Assembly (NCBI RefSeq): GCF_006345805.1
Contig: NW_021834256.1
Coordinates: 1 to 52,046 of the forward strand
Direction: 5' to 3'
Source: Octopus sinensis
Taxonomy: Eukaryota
DNA length: 52,046 bases
The notes under the pieces were generated by a model. The model ran no database searches. It was given only the letters and a program-made list of their open reading frames with translations, and was not told where the DNA came from. Of this stretch, positions 35,559 to 46,815 are shown piece after piece. The position numbers were made by a program, and so were the translations under genes. Position 1 is the first letter of the stretch. Each line of letters opens with the position of its first letter.

Positions 35559-35852
35559 ATGGGGATGTGGGAGACAGAAAGTATGTTGTGTAAGTGAAGT
35601 GCTTCTGTTAGTGTGTGTGAAGAGACAGAGTAATGTGTGAAAGAGAGAGATAACTGACATTTTTTACTCGGTGTATGTGTATATGTATGTATGCATGTAT
35701 GTGTGTGTGTGTATGTATCTATGTATGTGTGTGTGTATGTATCTATCTATGTATGTATATTACTTCAAAAGTTCCCGCAAGTCCATATGTAAAAAAAAAA
35801 GAAGTTTTTTACGGAAATCGACGGAAAGGTCTACTAGAGACGAAAGATCGCT
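35324..35852. mobile_element. Longer copy of the same MITE, interior inverted relative to the 36584 copy
   Basis: About 85-bp TIRs. TSD-like CTATTTCC on both sides, the left one followed by a TTTCC slippage copy. Confidence 0.78.
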
Positions 35853-36099
35853 CTATTTCCTTATACAGTTCTCTCTCTCTCTGTCTCTCTCAGTTGCTTA
35901 TAACAATGAAAAATATTGGAGCTTGTATTCATTGAAAAAGCAATAATATTAATAATAATAGCAACAATAGTGTTATTAAGAATAAGGTTTTATAATTTAT
36001 TTTGCCAAATTCTTGGTAAAATATCTCAATAATAGAATTTAATTAGTAGAAACTTCATTCTTGGCAGTGATAATATTTGTTAATGATAGAAGCGATAAC

Positions 36100-36232
36100 A
36101 AGCATGGCTGTCGTCGTCGAGAAAGAAATCTTTGCGAAGATCTTTTGTCTTTAAATCTCCTTAATTGAGTAATTAATCCCTTCGTTAATTGATCGCCGAA
36201 GTTGTTGAAGGTAACATCAGTTCCGAAGCATC
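36100..36232 (+). promoter_or_regulatory. Probable GPN3 5' UTR / proximal promoter
   Basis: Non-repetitive, relatively CpG-rich sequence immediately upstream of the ATG. The TSS cannot be determined from sequence. Confidence 0.4.
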
Positions 36233-36280
36233 ATGCCACGCTACGGACAGCTCGTCGTGGGCCCGGCCGGTAGTGGTAAG
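36233..36280 (+). CDS. GPN3: GPN3 coding exon 1
   Basis: [16 protein letters not shown]|gtaagg. Confidence 0.96.
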
Positions 36281-39200
36281 GTAAGGCAAAACCCTTTTGA
36301 TCCAAGAGAAATAATTCAAGTGCAGTGGTCGACTGTGACCAAAAGCGTTCCATCCATGACCATCCCATTTTGGCAATCCTACGGTTCTAGTATATTTTAC
36401 GTCAAATGACCACGTGTATTTGTTTATATATGATCGTCGATTTCCGTAAAAAACTTTTATATTTTTACATATGGGGTTTGGGGGGGGATGGGATCTTTGG
36501 GGTTAGAGTTAGGGTTTCATTACTTCAAAAGTTAGGGTAGGGTTCCTGCACCCACATAAAAAAATGTTATAATATCTTTTGTGGGCGATCTTTCGTCTCT
36601 AGTAGACCTTTCCGTCGATTACACAACATACTGTCTGTCTCCCACACACCATCAAACACACACACACACACACACATGTACATCAATGCTTGCCATGCAC
36701 GGTAACTTCAAAAGAACTTCCCTCGTCATACAATCGCTTTCTCTTAGTCTCTTTCGCTCTCATTACTTCAAAAGTTCCCGCAAGCCCATATGTAAAAACA
36801 AAAGAAGTTTTTTACGGAAATCGACGGAAAGGTCTACTAGAGACGAAAGATTGCCCTTTTGTGTATTGCAGAAATATAACAGATTTATTGCACGTAATTT
36901 TTAACAACTGAATTTTATATGGATCTCCCTCTTCCCCGGGTCAAATGGACCGTGGTTGAATCATGTGATGGTTCGATGCTGATTGGATCTGTTAATCGGC
37001 CGAAACTGTGATATTTGCTCGACTATTTCATTGATTTGGTTTCGAATCTGCTACTACAAGCGTAGGAGTAGCTGTGTGGCAAGTAGCTTGCTTACGAACC
37101 ACATGGTTCCCGGTTCAGTCCCACTGTGTGGCATCTTGGGCAAGTGTCTTCTACTATAGCCTCGGGCCGACCAAAGCCTTGTGAGTGGATTTGGTAGACG
37201 GAAACTGAAAGAAGCCCGTCGTGTATATGTGTATGTGTGTGTATATGTTTGTGTGCCTGTGTTTGTCTCTCCAACATCGCTTCACAACCAATGCTGGCGT
37301 GTTTACATCCCCGTAACTTAGCGGTTCGGCAAAAGAGACCGATAGAATAAGTACTAGGCTTCCAAAGAATAAGTCCCGGGGTCGATTTGCTCGACTAAAG
37401 GCGGTGCTCCAGTATTGCCACAGTCAAATGACTGAAACAAGTAACAGAGTATACGGATGTGTGCACCCCCCTCCTCTGAATTACCAACGTAACTGAATGC
37501 TAAAGGAAGGTTTACTGCTTTGGGTTTCATTGCTTCTTCATTGCTACAACGGTCATTCTTACAAATTTTCTACTTTCACTTTCAGTCGACTTATTGCCAC
37601 AATTTGCAACAGCATTGCGAAGAAATGAGGCGGACAGTCCATGTGGTCAATCTCGATCCAGCAGCCGAACATTTTAAATATTCTATGTTGGCAGGTAAGA
37701 TCTCGGTACCTCGCTTCTATCTTTTATTTGTTTCGTTCCTTAGACTACAGCCATGCTGGAGCAACACCTTGAAGAGGCTTGTTTTTTCCCCCTTAAGCTT
37801 GGTACTTATTATATCATCTTCTTTTTGCTGAACTGCTAAGTTTGACTAAAGGCAGTGCTCCATCATGGCCACAGCCAAATGACAAACAAGGGAAAGGAAT
37901 ATATATATATCTTTACTCTTTTACTTGTTTCAGTCATTTGACTGCGGCCATGCTGGAGCACCGCCTTTAGTCGAGCAAATCAACACCGGGACTTATTCTT
38001 TGTAAGCCCAGTACTTATTCTATCAGTCTCTTTTGCTGAACCGCTAAGTGACGGGGACGTAAACAGACCAGCATCGGTTGTCAAGCAATGCTAGGGGGAC
38101 AAACACACACATATATATATATACATATATACGACAGGCTTCTTTCAGTTTCCGTCTACCAAATCCACTCACAAGGCATTGGTCGGCCGGGGCTATAGCA
38201 GAAGACACTTGCCCAAGATACCACGCAGTGGGACTGAACCCGGAACCATGTGGTTGGTAAACAAGCTACTTACCACACAGCCACTCCTGCGGCTATTATT
38301 ATATCATCTTCTTTTTGCTGAACTGCTAAGTTTGACTAAAGGCAGTGCTCCATCATGGCCACAGCCAAATGAAAAACAAGGGAAAGGAATATATATATAT
38401 ATATATTTTTTATTCTTTTTTCTTGTTTGTCATTTGATGGTGTGTTGGTGTTGGGGTGTGAGTGAAGCAAGGGCAGGGGTCTAAGGAGAGTTTAGGAGCC
38501 AAGAAAGAAGATTAATCCCTGCTCACGGTGAAGACGGGAGTCCGGATGGCCCCTGTGCAAGGACAATCCGAACACAGACAGGTGTTGTAATATACATACA
38601 TACGTACATACACAACAGGGTTTCTTTCATTTTCCATCTACCAAATCCCCTCACAAGGCTTTGGTCGGCCCAAGGTGTCATGCAGTGGGACTGAACCCTG
38701 GATCATGTGCTTCGGAAGCTACATGCTCATAAGTTGAATACCCTAACCCATTTCTTTATTACCCACAAGGGGCTAAACATAGAAAGGACAAACAAGGACA
38801 GACATAGGTATTAAGTCGATTACATCGACCCCAGTGCGTAACTGGTACTTAATTTACCGACCCCGAAAGGATGAAAGGTAAAGTCGACCTCGGCGGAATT
38901 TGAACTCAGAACGCAACGGCAGACGAAATACGGCTACGCATTTCGCCTGGCGTGCTAACGTTTCTGCCGGCTCACTGCCTTAAGTTGAATACCCTAACCA
39001 CTAACCCATGTGTCCTGTGCATTCACATACATACACACTACAGCTACCCTGCTCTCACCGTAGTATGTACACACACACACGCTCTGCCATTTTCTGCTGT
39101 TACACTACTACATTCAACATGCCTTCTTCATTCATCACGCCATTGTCTTTCACATCTGCGTGCTTTTCCTCAGATATTCGGGAGTTAATCAGTGTTGAAG

Positions 39201-42200
39201 ATGTGATGGAAGATCCTGACCTGAAGTTCGGTCCAAATGGTGGCTTGATATTCTGCATGGAGTAAGTATGGCACCACTTTTTCTCTCTCTGTTTACTTCA
39301 TGGCAACACCATGATCGTTCGTGCTTCATTTTACATTTTTTTCCGTAACTCTAACCCTAAAACCCCAACCCTAACCCCTTAAAGCTAAAACCAGTACAAA
39401 CACACGAACGATGCCATAAATAACACCTATCTGGAACCCTTATCTTGCCCAGGATATCAATCGCCTGGAGGCCGTTCAGCGACGTGCAACCAAAAGAATA
39501 CCCTCCATCAGGCATTTGCCATATTCTGAACACCTTACTTCCCTGGGCATGGATACATTGAAACTCCGACGTCTAGCAGCTGACTTGGCAGACACCCATA
39601 AAATTATCAACCATCATACAAACAATAACTCTGAGCACCTTTTCAAACTCCACCCGTCTAACACCCGTGGACATATTTACAAAGTCAGAAAACAGCACAG
39701 CTCCTTCCATGACTTCCACAAACATTTTTTCACGCTAAAAGTTGCTGAAGCATGGAACAAACTGCCGGCATCAGTTGTTAGTTGTCGGAGCACTACATCC
39801 TTCAAAACTTCCATGCTTCCTGAGATTCGCCAACACTACACCTGATCTTCTCCCCTCCATACACACGCTGAAGCATAGAACAAACTGCCGGCATCAGTTG
39901 TTGGTTGTCGGAGCACTGCATCCTTCAAAACTTCCATGCTTGCTGAGATTCGCCAACACTACACCTGATTTTCTCCCCTCCATACACACAAGCAAGCATG
40001 TATCTGACTCATACATTGTTCGCTTTCCAGACATTTGTACATTTGTACATTACTGCATATGCTTAATACGCACTTTCTGACAAGTTGTGGTGCACCTGAG
40101 CACTGGATACAATAATTTAATTATTATTATAACAGTGACAAACGAAATATACACAGCCAGGGGTTTTTTTCTCCATGACAAAACCCTGTGAATGACTTTC
40201 TTACAAGCTTGAATATGCGCCCCAAGAATATTTGAACCGGCGATAACCTTGCATTTAAGTATCTCCTGCTGTTAGTGTTAATTAAATTACAACGGTTGTA
40301 AATGTTTCTTTTGAAGGTACCTTGCGGAGAACATGGATTGGTTATTTGAACAGCTGGATGATATTGAAGATGACTACATCATCTTTGACTGTCCTGGTAA
40401 GTAAACGGGATCTTTGAGGTGGGTATCGTGGGTTGTGATGGCAATACACGAAGGTAGGGAGACAACTCTGCCTTTGTGTGTATATCTCTACATACTTATT
40501 TGATTGTGTATACAAGTGGCCAAAATGGGGTTCCTTTAAACCTTGGGCATTCGCATTATTCTGTCAAAAATAGTGCTACATTTTGCGTTGGGGCCATGTT
40601 AAAAGCATTCGTGGTAATCATATTATTTTACAGGGCTTAGAAAAGCAGAAGGACCGCTGAAGCAAGTGTGTGAATCTGAGCAGGGAAATATGTTGAATAA
40701 AACCATAATTAACTGATCATCATCATCATCATCATCGTTTTAAGTCCGCTTTCCATGCTGGCATGGGTTGGACGATTTGACTGAGGACTGTTGAGCCAGA
40801 GGCTGCACCAGGCTCAGTCTGATTTCGCAAAGTTTCTACAGCTGGATGCCCTTCCTAATGCCAACCACTCCTGTATTTTCATTTACCCAAAGCCAGGGAC
40901 TTTTCAGGACCCCCTTGTATTCTTTTATTCTATCATTCTTTTACTTCTTTCACTCATTAGACTGGCCATGCTGGAGCACTGCCTTGAAGAAATCTAGTCA
41001 AATGAATCAACACCAATGCTTTTTAAGCCTGGTACTTATTCTACTGGTCTCTTTTGCTGAACCGCTAAGTTACAGGGACATAAACAAACTAATACTAGTT
41101 ATCAAGCGATGGTTGGGAACAAATACACACACATATATGATGGGCTTCTTTCAGTTTCCATCTACCAAATCCACTCAAGGCATTGGTCAGCCCAAGGCTA
41201 TAGTAGAAGACATTTGCTCAAGGTGTCACGCAGTGGGACTGAACCCGGAACCATGTGGTTGGTAAACAAGCTACTTACCACATGGCCACTCCTACACCTA
41301 ATACATATATATATGACAGGCTTCTTTCAGTTTCCTTCTACCAAATCCACTCACAAGGCATTGGTCGGCCCGAGGCTATAGTAGAAGACACTTGCCCAAG
41401 ATGCCACGCAGTGGGACTGAACCCAGAACCATGTGGTGGGTAAACAAGCTACTTACCACACAGCCACTCCTGCACCTATATATATTTTATTATTTTCTTG
41501 TCCCTTCTTCATGTCCCCACTCCCATCCTTTCCTTCCTCTTCTCCAACACCTAATTTATTTTTTTTTTCTTTTGTCCCTCATTCTCGGTTCCACATCTTT
41601 TACAGGTCAGATCGAACTCTACACTCACATCCCGGTCATGCGACGCCTCGTAGACACACTGCAGAAGTGGAACTTCCACCTGTGTGCCATCTTCTGCATT
41701 GACTCCCAGTTCATGGTCGAGTCGTCCAAGTTCATCAGTGGAGTGCTGTCGGCATTGTCCACCATGGTCACGCTGGAGATCGCGCATGTCAACGTAATGA
41801 CCAAGGTCGACCTCCTCAGCAAAAAGTCCAAGAAGCAACTGGAAAGGTCAGCCTGCATCTTTGTTTATCCATCCTATACACATCCACACCCATGTATACA
41901 CACATCTGTACACACCTATATATATATATACACATGAAGGCAGCGAGCTGGCAGAAACGTTAGCACGCTGGGCGAAATGCGTAGCCGTATTTCGTCTGTC
42001 GTTACGTTCTGAGTTCAAATTCCGCCTCTGAGGTTGACTTTGCCTTTCATCCTTTCGGGGTCGATTAAATAAGTACCAGTTACGCACTGGGGTCGATCTA
42101 ATCGACTTAATCCCTTTGTCCGTCCTTGTTTGTCCCCTCTATGTTTAGCCCCTTGTGGGTAGTAAAGAAATAGGTATTTTGTCTGCCGTTACGTTCTGAG

Positions 42201-45200
42201 TTCAAATTCCGCCGAGGTTGACTTTGCCTTTCATCCTTTCGGGGTCGATAAATTAAGTACCAGTTATGCACTGGGGTTGATATAATCGACTTAATTCCTT
42301 TGTCTGTCCTTGTTTGTCCCCTCTGTGTTTAGCCCCTTGTGGGTAGTAAAGAAATAGATATTTTGTCTGCCATTATGTTCTGAGTTCAAATTCTGCCGAG
42401 GTTGACTTTGCCTTTCATCCTTTCGGGGTTGATTAAATAAGTACCAGTTACGCACTGGGGTCGATCTAATCGACTTAATCCCTTTGTCCGTCCTTCTTTG
42501 TCCCCTCTGTGTTTAGCCCCTTGTGTGTAGTAAAGAAACATATATATACACATGTACGTATGTACACACCCATACCCACATTCTTTTACTTGTTTCAGTC
42601 ATTAGACAGACTGTGGCCATACTGGAGCATCACCTTGAAGAACGAATCGACACCCTAAGCCCGGTACTTATTCTATCGGTCCCTTTTGCTAAACTAATAG
42701 GTTATGGAGATGTAAACTTTTTTCCTCTAGGTGCAAGGCCCAAAATTTATTTTGGTGGGGCTAGTCGATTAGATCAACCCCAGCATGCAACTGGTACTTT
42801 ATTTATTGGCCCCGAAAGGATGAAAGACAAAGTTGAATTGACCCCACTGCCTGTCTTTTGTCATTTTACCTGTACACACCTTAAATTTCACTACCTGTTG
42901 TCATTTTACCTGTAAATATCTCAAGTTACACTTACCTGTACATACCTTAAAATTACTCTGCTTACCTTTTGGCATTTCTACCTGTAGGTACCTGGAGCCT
43001 GACATGATAACTTTATTAAACGAGGAATTCAACGAGAAGAAGCACGGGAGCAGGTTTCACAAGATGAACTCCCTAATGGCTCAGATGGTGAGACTTTTAC
43101 ACAGTTGGTGGAGGGTGGGGATGGGTCTCTTTCATCTGGGTCAGGGTGAGGGTTCTTTGCCTGATGAATTCCAGGCCACCCCACACCACTCTGCAATCAT
43201 CATCATTGTTGTCATCGTTTAACGTCCGCCTTCCATGCTAGCATGGGTTGGAAGGTTCGACCGGGGTCTGGCAAGCCAGGAGGCTGCACCAGGCTCCAGT
43301 CTGATCTGGCAGTGTTTCTACGGCTGGATGCCCTTCATAACACCAACCACTCCGTGAGTGTACTGGGTGCTTTTTACATGCCACCGACACAGGTGCCAGA
43401 TGAGGCTGGCAAACGGCCACGATCGGATGATGCTTTTTATGTGCCACCGGCACGGGGGCCAGGTGAGGCTGGCAACAGCCACAATTGGATGGTGCTTTTT
43501 ACGTACCACCAGCACGAGGCCAGTCGGGGCGGCGCTGGCAAACGGCCACGATCGTATGGTGCTTTTTACGTGCAACCAGCACGGAGGCCAGGCGAGGCTG
43601 GCAATGGCCACAATCGGATGATGCATTTTACGTGCCACCGGCACGAGGCCAGTCGGGACAGCGCTGGCAACGGCCACGTTCGGGATGGTTCTCTTACATA
43701 CCACCGGCACTTGTATCACAGCTGCAATTTCCATTGATGCTGATCGATTTCGATGAAAACTTTTGGCCCTTTCCTCTTTATTAACAAGGTGTAGTAGAAG
43801 TAGTCAAGGAGTTTACTCGCTAAACATTCTCTGCTCGCAGTCAATCCCCTTTTGTGGTTTCTATTTCAGGTGGACGATTACGGCCTTGTGTGTTTCATGC
43901 CTCTGGACATTAGCGAAGACGACAACAGCAGCCTGAACGACATCTTACTTCAAGTCGACATAGCAATTCAATATGGAGAGGACCTGGAGCCCAAGGAGCC
44001 AAGGGTCAGTAGCATTCGGAGATGTCCTTTTATTCTTGTTTCAGTCATTAGACTGTGGCCATGCTGGAGCACCACTTTGAAGAATTTCTTCTTTTGTTGA
44101 ATGTATTGACTTCTTTCCTTTTCTTCCTTTTAAAGCCTGGTACTTCTATTTTGGTCGTTTTCCTGTAGCCACGATGAGGCACAACTCGAAGAATTTTTTT
44201 TGTAGTCAAATGAATTGACCCCTGTACTTGTTTTTCTAAAGCTTGGTGCTTATTCATTCTATCTGTCTCTTTTGCTGAACCACAAAGTTACGGGGATGTA
44301 AACATACCATCACCAGTTTTCAATTAATTAAGATCAGAAGCCATGAGAATCGCTGCTTGGTATTGCGTCAGGGTATTACTAAACCTATTTCTTTACTGCC
44401 CACAAGGGGCTAAACACAGAGAGGACAAACAAGGACAGACAAACAGATTAAGTCAATTATATCGGCCCCAAAAGGATGAAAGGCAAAGTCGACCTCGGCG
44501 GAATTTGAACTCACAACGTAGCGGAAGACGAAATATTGCTAAGCATTTCGCCTGGTGTGCTAACGTTTCTGCCACCTCGCCGCCTTTACTAAACAGGGCA
44601 TTACTAAACCGTCCAACCCATGCCAGCATGGAAAGTGGATGTTAAACAATGATGAGGAGGATGATAAGAGCAATGCATGCCATCAAAGTGACACTGGGGT
44701 AAAATATATGAATCCCAGTATACCCATCATGACAACCCATTTGATAAGGGTACACCAGGCACATGCATCACAACCATATGTGTGCGACATAGTGATCTCA
44801 TATCAAGATAAACAGCACATGACCTTGCAGGTGGGGCCTTGTTAGAATTTTCTTCTGGTCGAATAACCCATCCCGCTCAAAAGGTCCCTGAATAAGGGTT
44901 GTTTAAGGATGTCGAAAGAACCACCCATGTTTCCAGAGGTGAATTATCCAAACCCCAAAGAATCCCTCTCAACACATGGCTATGATGCTCCCCCACTACT
45001 TCTGCTCGTGATCAAAGATGCACATATCGTCAGCCACTAAGGGACATGCTCAACTGGTTATGGTCAAACAACTGACAAGCAAATCTGTGGTATTGAGCAG
45101 AATATTTGCTGTAGGCCAACTTTTATACCAAGACAAAACAATGTACATGATAACACTTCCAATCAGTTAAGATCAGAAGCCATGAGAGCCACTGCCTGGT

Positions 45201-45311
45201 ATTGCATCAGGGCATTATTACTATTATTATTATTATCATTATTATTATTATTATTATTTCTTCTTCTCATTGCAGGAAATTGAAGAGGAGCAAGATGAAG
45301 GTTATGGTTGA
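36233..45311 (+). CDS. GPN3: GPN-loop GTPase 3, whole gene: join(36233-36280,37586-37694,39174-39261,40317-40396,41606-41846,42988-43087,43870-44004,45276-45311)
   Basis: Exon lengths 48+109+88+80+241+100+135+36=837 nt give 278 aa plus TGA. All introns are GT-AG with consistent phases. Motifs: P-loop GPAGSGKST, NLDPAAE, GPN loop [22 protein letters not shown], and [11 protein letters not shown] near the C-terminus, typical of GPN3. Confidence 0.96.
36584..36855. mobile_element. MITE with GGCGATCTTTCG TIRs and a perfect 8-bp TSD (Merlin-like)
   Basis: CTTTTGTG at 36576-36583 and 36856-36863 flanks GGCGATCTTTCGTCTCTAGTAGACC...GGTCTACTAGAGACGAAAGATTGCC. Confidence 0.8.
37586..37694 (+). CDS. 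GPN3: GPN3 coding exon 2
   Basis: tttcag|[36 protein letters not shown]+G|gtaaga. Confidence 0.96.
37911..38291 (-). mobile_element. SINE family A, minus-strand copy
   Basis: Other minus copies at about 2375-2787, 16438-16822, 19293-19680, 29357-29718, 33050-33421, 40945-41475 and 48797-49480. Confidence 0.85.
39174..39261 (+). CDS. GPN3: GPN3 coding exon 3 (GPN loop)
   Basis: cctcag|(D)[28 protein letters not shown](E)|gtaagt. Confidence 0.97.
39425..40130 (+). mobile_element. 5'-truncated CR1/L2-type LINE in GPN3 intron 3
   Basis: [52 protein letters not shown]...NTRGH...[14 protein letters not shown] matches the CR1/L2 ORF2 C-terminus. It ends in an (ATT)n tail. Confidence 0.85.
40317..40396 (+). 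CDS. GPN3: GPN3 coding exon 4
   Basis: ttgaag|[26 protein letters not shown](G)|gtaagt. Absent from the ORF track; found by reading. Confidence 0.95.
41606..41846 (+). CDS. GPN3: GPN3 coding exon 5
   Basis: ttacag|[21 protein letters not shown]...[20 protein letters not shown](R)|gtcagc. Confidence 0.96.
42988..43087 (+). CDS. GPN3: GPN3 coding exon 6
   Basis: ctgtag|[33 protein letters not shown]|gtgaga. Confidence 0.93.
43195..43765 (-). mobile_element. RTE-type 3' UTR copy in GPN3 intron 6
   Basis: Same family termini and internal units. Confidence 0.8.
43870..44004 (+). CDS. GPN3: GPN3 coding exon 7
   Basis: tttcag|[45 protein letters not shown]|gtcagt. Confidence 0.95.
44660..45260 (+). 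mobile_element. (TTA)n-tailed interspersed repeat; reverse copy at 9765-10118
   Basis: Sequence at 44890-45210 is the reverse complement of about 9803-10118. Confidence 0.7.
45276..45311 (+). CDS. GPN3: GPN3 terminal coding exon
   Basis: ttgcag|[11 protein letters not shown]. Phase 0 and an acidic tail fit, but the exon is short so the call is less certain. Confidence 0.8.
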   Translation, partial: EIEEEQDEGYG

Positions 45312-45344
45312 TCAGACTGTTGAACATCTGTATGACTTTCATTT

Positions 45345-45408
45345 ATTTTTGTATATATATACATATATATGTGTGTTGTGTGTGTATAAACATATAATAT
45401 ATATATAG

Positions 45409-45489
<81 letters not shown>

Positions 45490-45990
45490 TATATATATAA
45501 TATATATATATATTATATATATATCTATATATATTATATACACACATATATAGTATATATAATATATATATATATATTATATATAGATAATTATACACAT
45601 ATATATAGATATATAACACATATATATACATATATATATACACATATATATATACATATATATATACACATATATATACACACATATAATATACACATAT
45701 ATATATACACACATATATATATATACACATATATATATACACACATATATATATTACACATATATATATACACACATATATATATATACACATATATATT
45801 ACACACACATATATCTATATAACCATATATATATATACAATATATATAATATATACTTATATATTATATATACATATATATACATATATATATATATAGT
45901 ATATATATATATATATATATATATTATTTGTATATATTGGTGTGTGTGTGTATGTATGTATCTATCTATCATATATATATATATATGATA
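45345..45990. repeat. Long (TA)/(CA) microsatellite tract just after the GPN3 stop. Similar tracts at 470-660, 1200-1690, 7060-8400, 31030-31500 and (TAA)n at 8690-8790.
   Basis: Visible dinucleotide and trinucleotide repeats. Confidence 0.95.
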
Positions 45991-46365
45991 TATTATTACA
46001 AGAAGAATGGTGACAGGGACCTCAAAGTTTCCCTCTGCTGAAGTCACCGTCATCTCTGCTGTAAATATAGGATGAATAATATGTAACCACCAAAATGCAT
46101 TAAATAAATCCATCAATTAAAAGTGAAATTTGTTTTGTTTTTTTTATCAAAACTCGGTCAGTAACCGGGAATCTGTGGTCTGGCTTTTCATTTCAAAATT
46201 TTTTGAAAGTTATCACCCTTTCCCTTCTATCTTCATTAACAGTAATGAATTTTAATCCAATTACAATCGTAATGTTGATTGCTTAACAATTGATTACCTG
46301 GCTTTGTCAAGAATTAGTGGTGTACTCAGACACACGCACACAAACATATAAATCTTTATCTTTTA

Positions 46366-46783
46366 ACTAGCAGTATCACCCGGCGTATATATATATATAT
46401 ATGTATGTATGTATGTATGTATACTGGCAGTATCACCCGGCGTTGCTCGGGTTTGTTTCGACCCTTTAGAATTGGAATTTCTGAAAAGTAAAAATTTTGC
46501 ATTTTCTGGTTGAAATACACTGAAAAATGGCGACACACAGTCAAAGAATCGTAAAAAATAGGGATTATCATAGAAAAAAGAAAAGGACCTTTTTGATGTA
46601 AATAATTTTTGGTGTTAACATGGTCCGATTTGAATTTTTTCTTCTACGGAATGAAGAGCAAGCCTTCTTCTATCATACTCTCAATTTTGGTCAACTTGCG
46701 CCGCAGGGTCTCGGAGGAGATAGTGTTAGTAGAAGGCTACCAAAACCTGCCATACACAGACAACTTCAGCTTTATATATAGAG

Positions 46784-46815
<32 letters not shown>

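Noticed and set aside
41551-41858. Minus-strand ORFs of 95 and 77 aa
   Set aside because: Antisense shadows of GPN3 exon 5.
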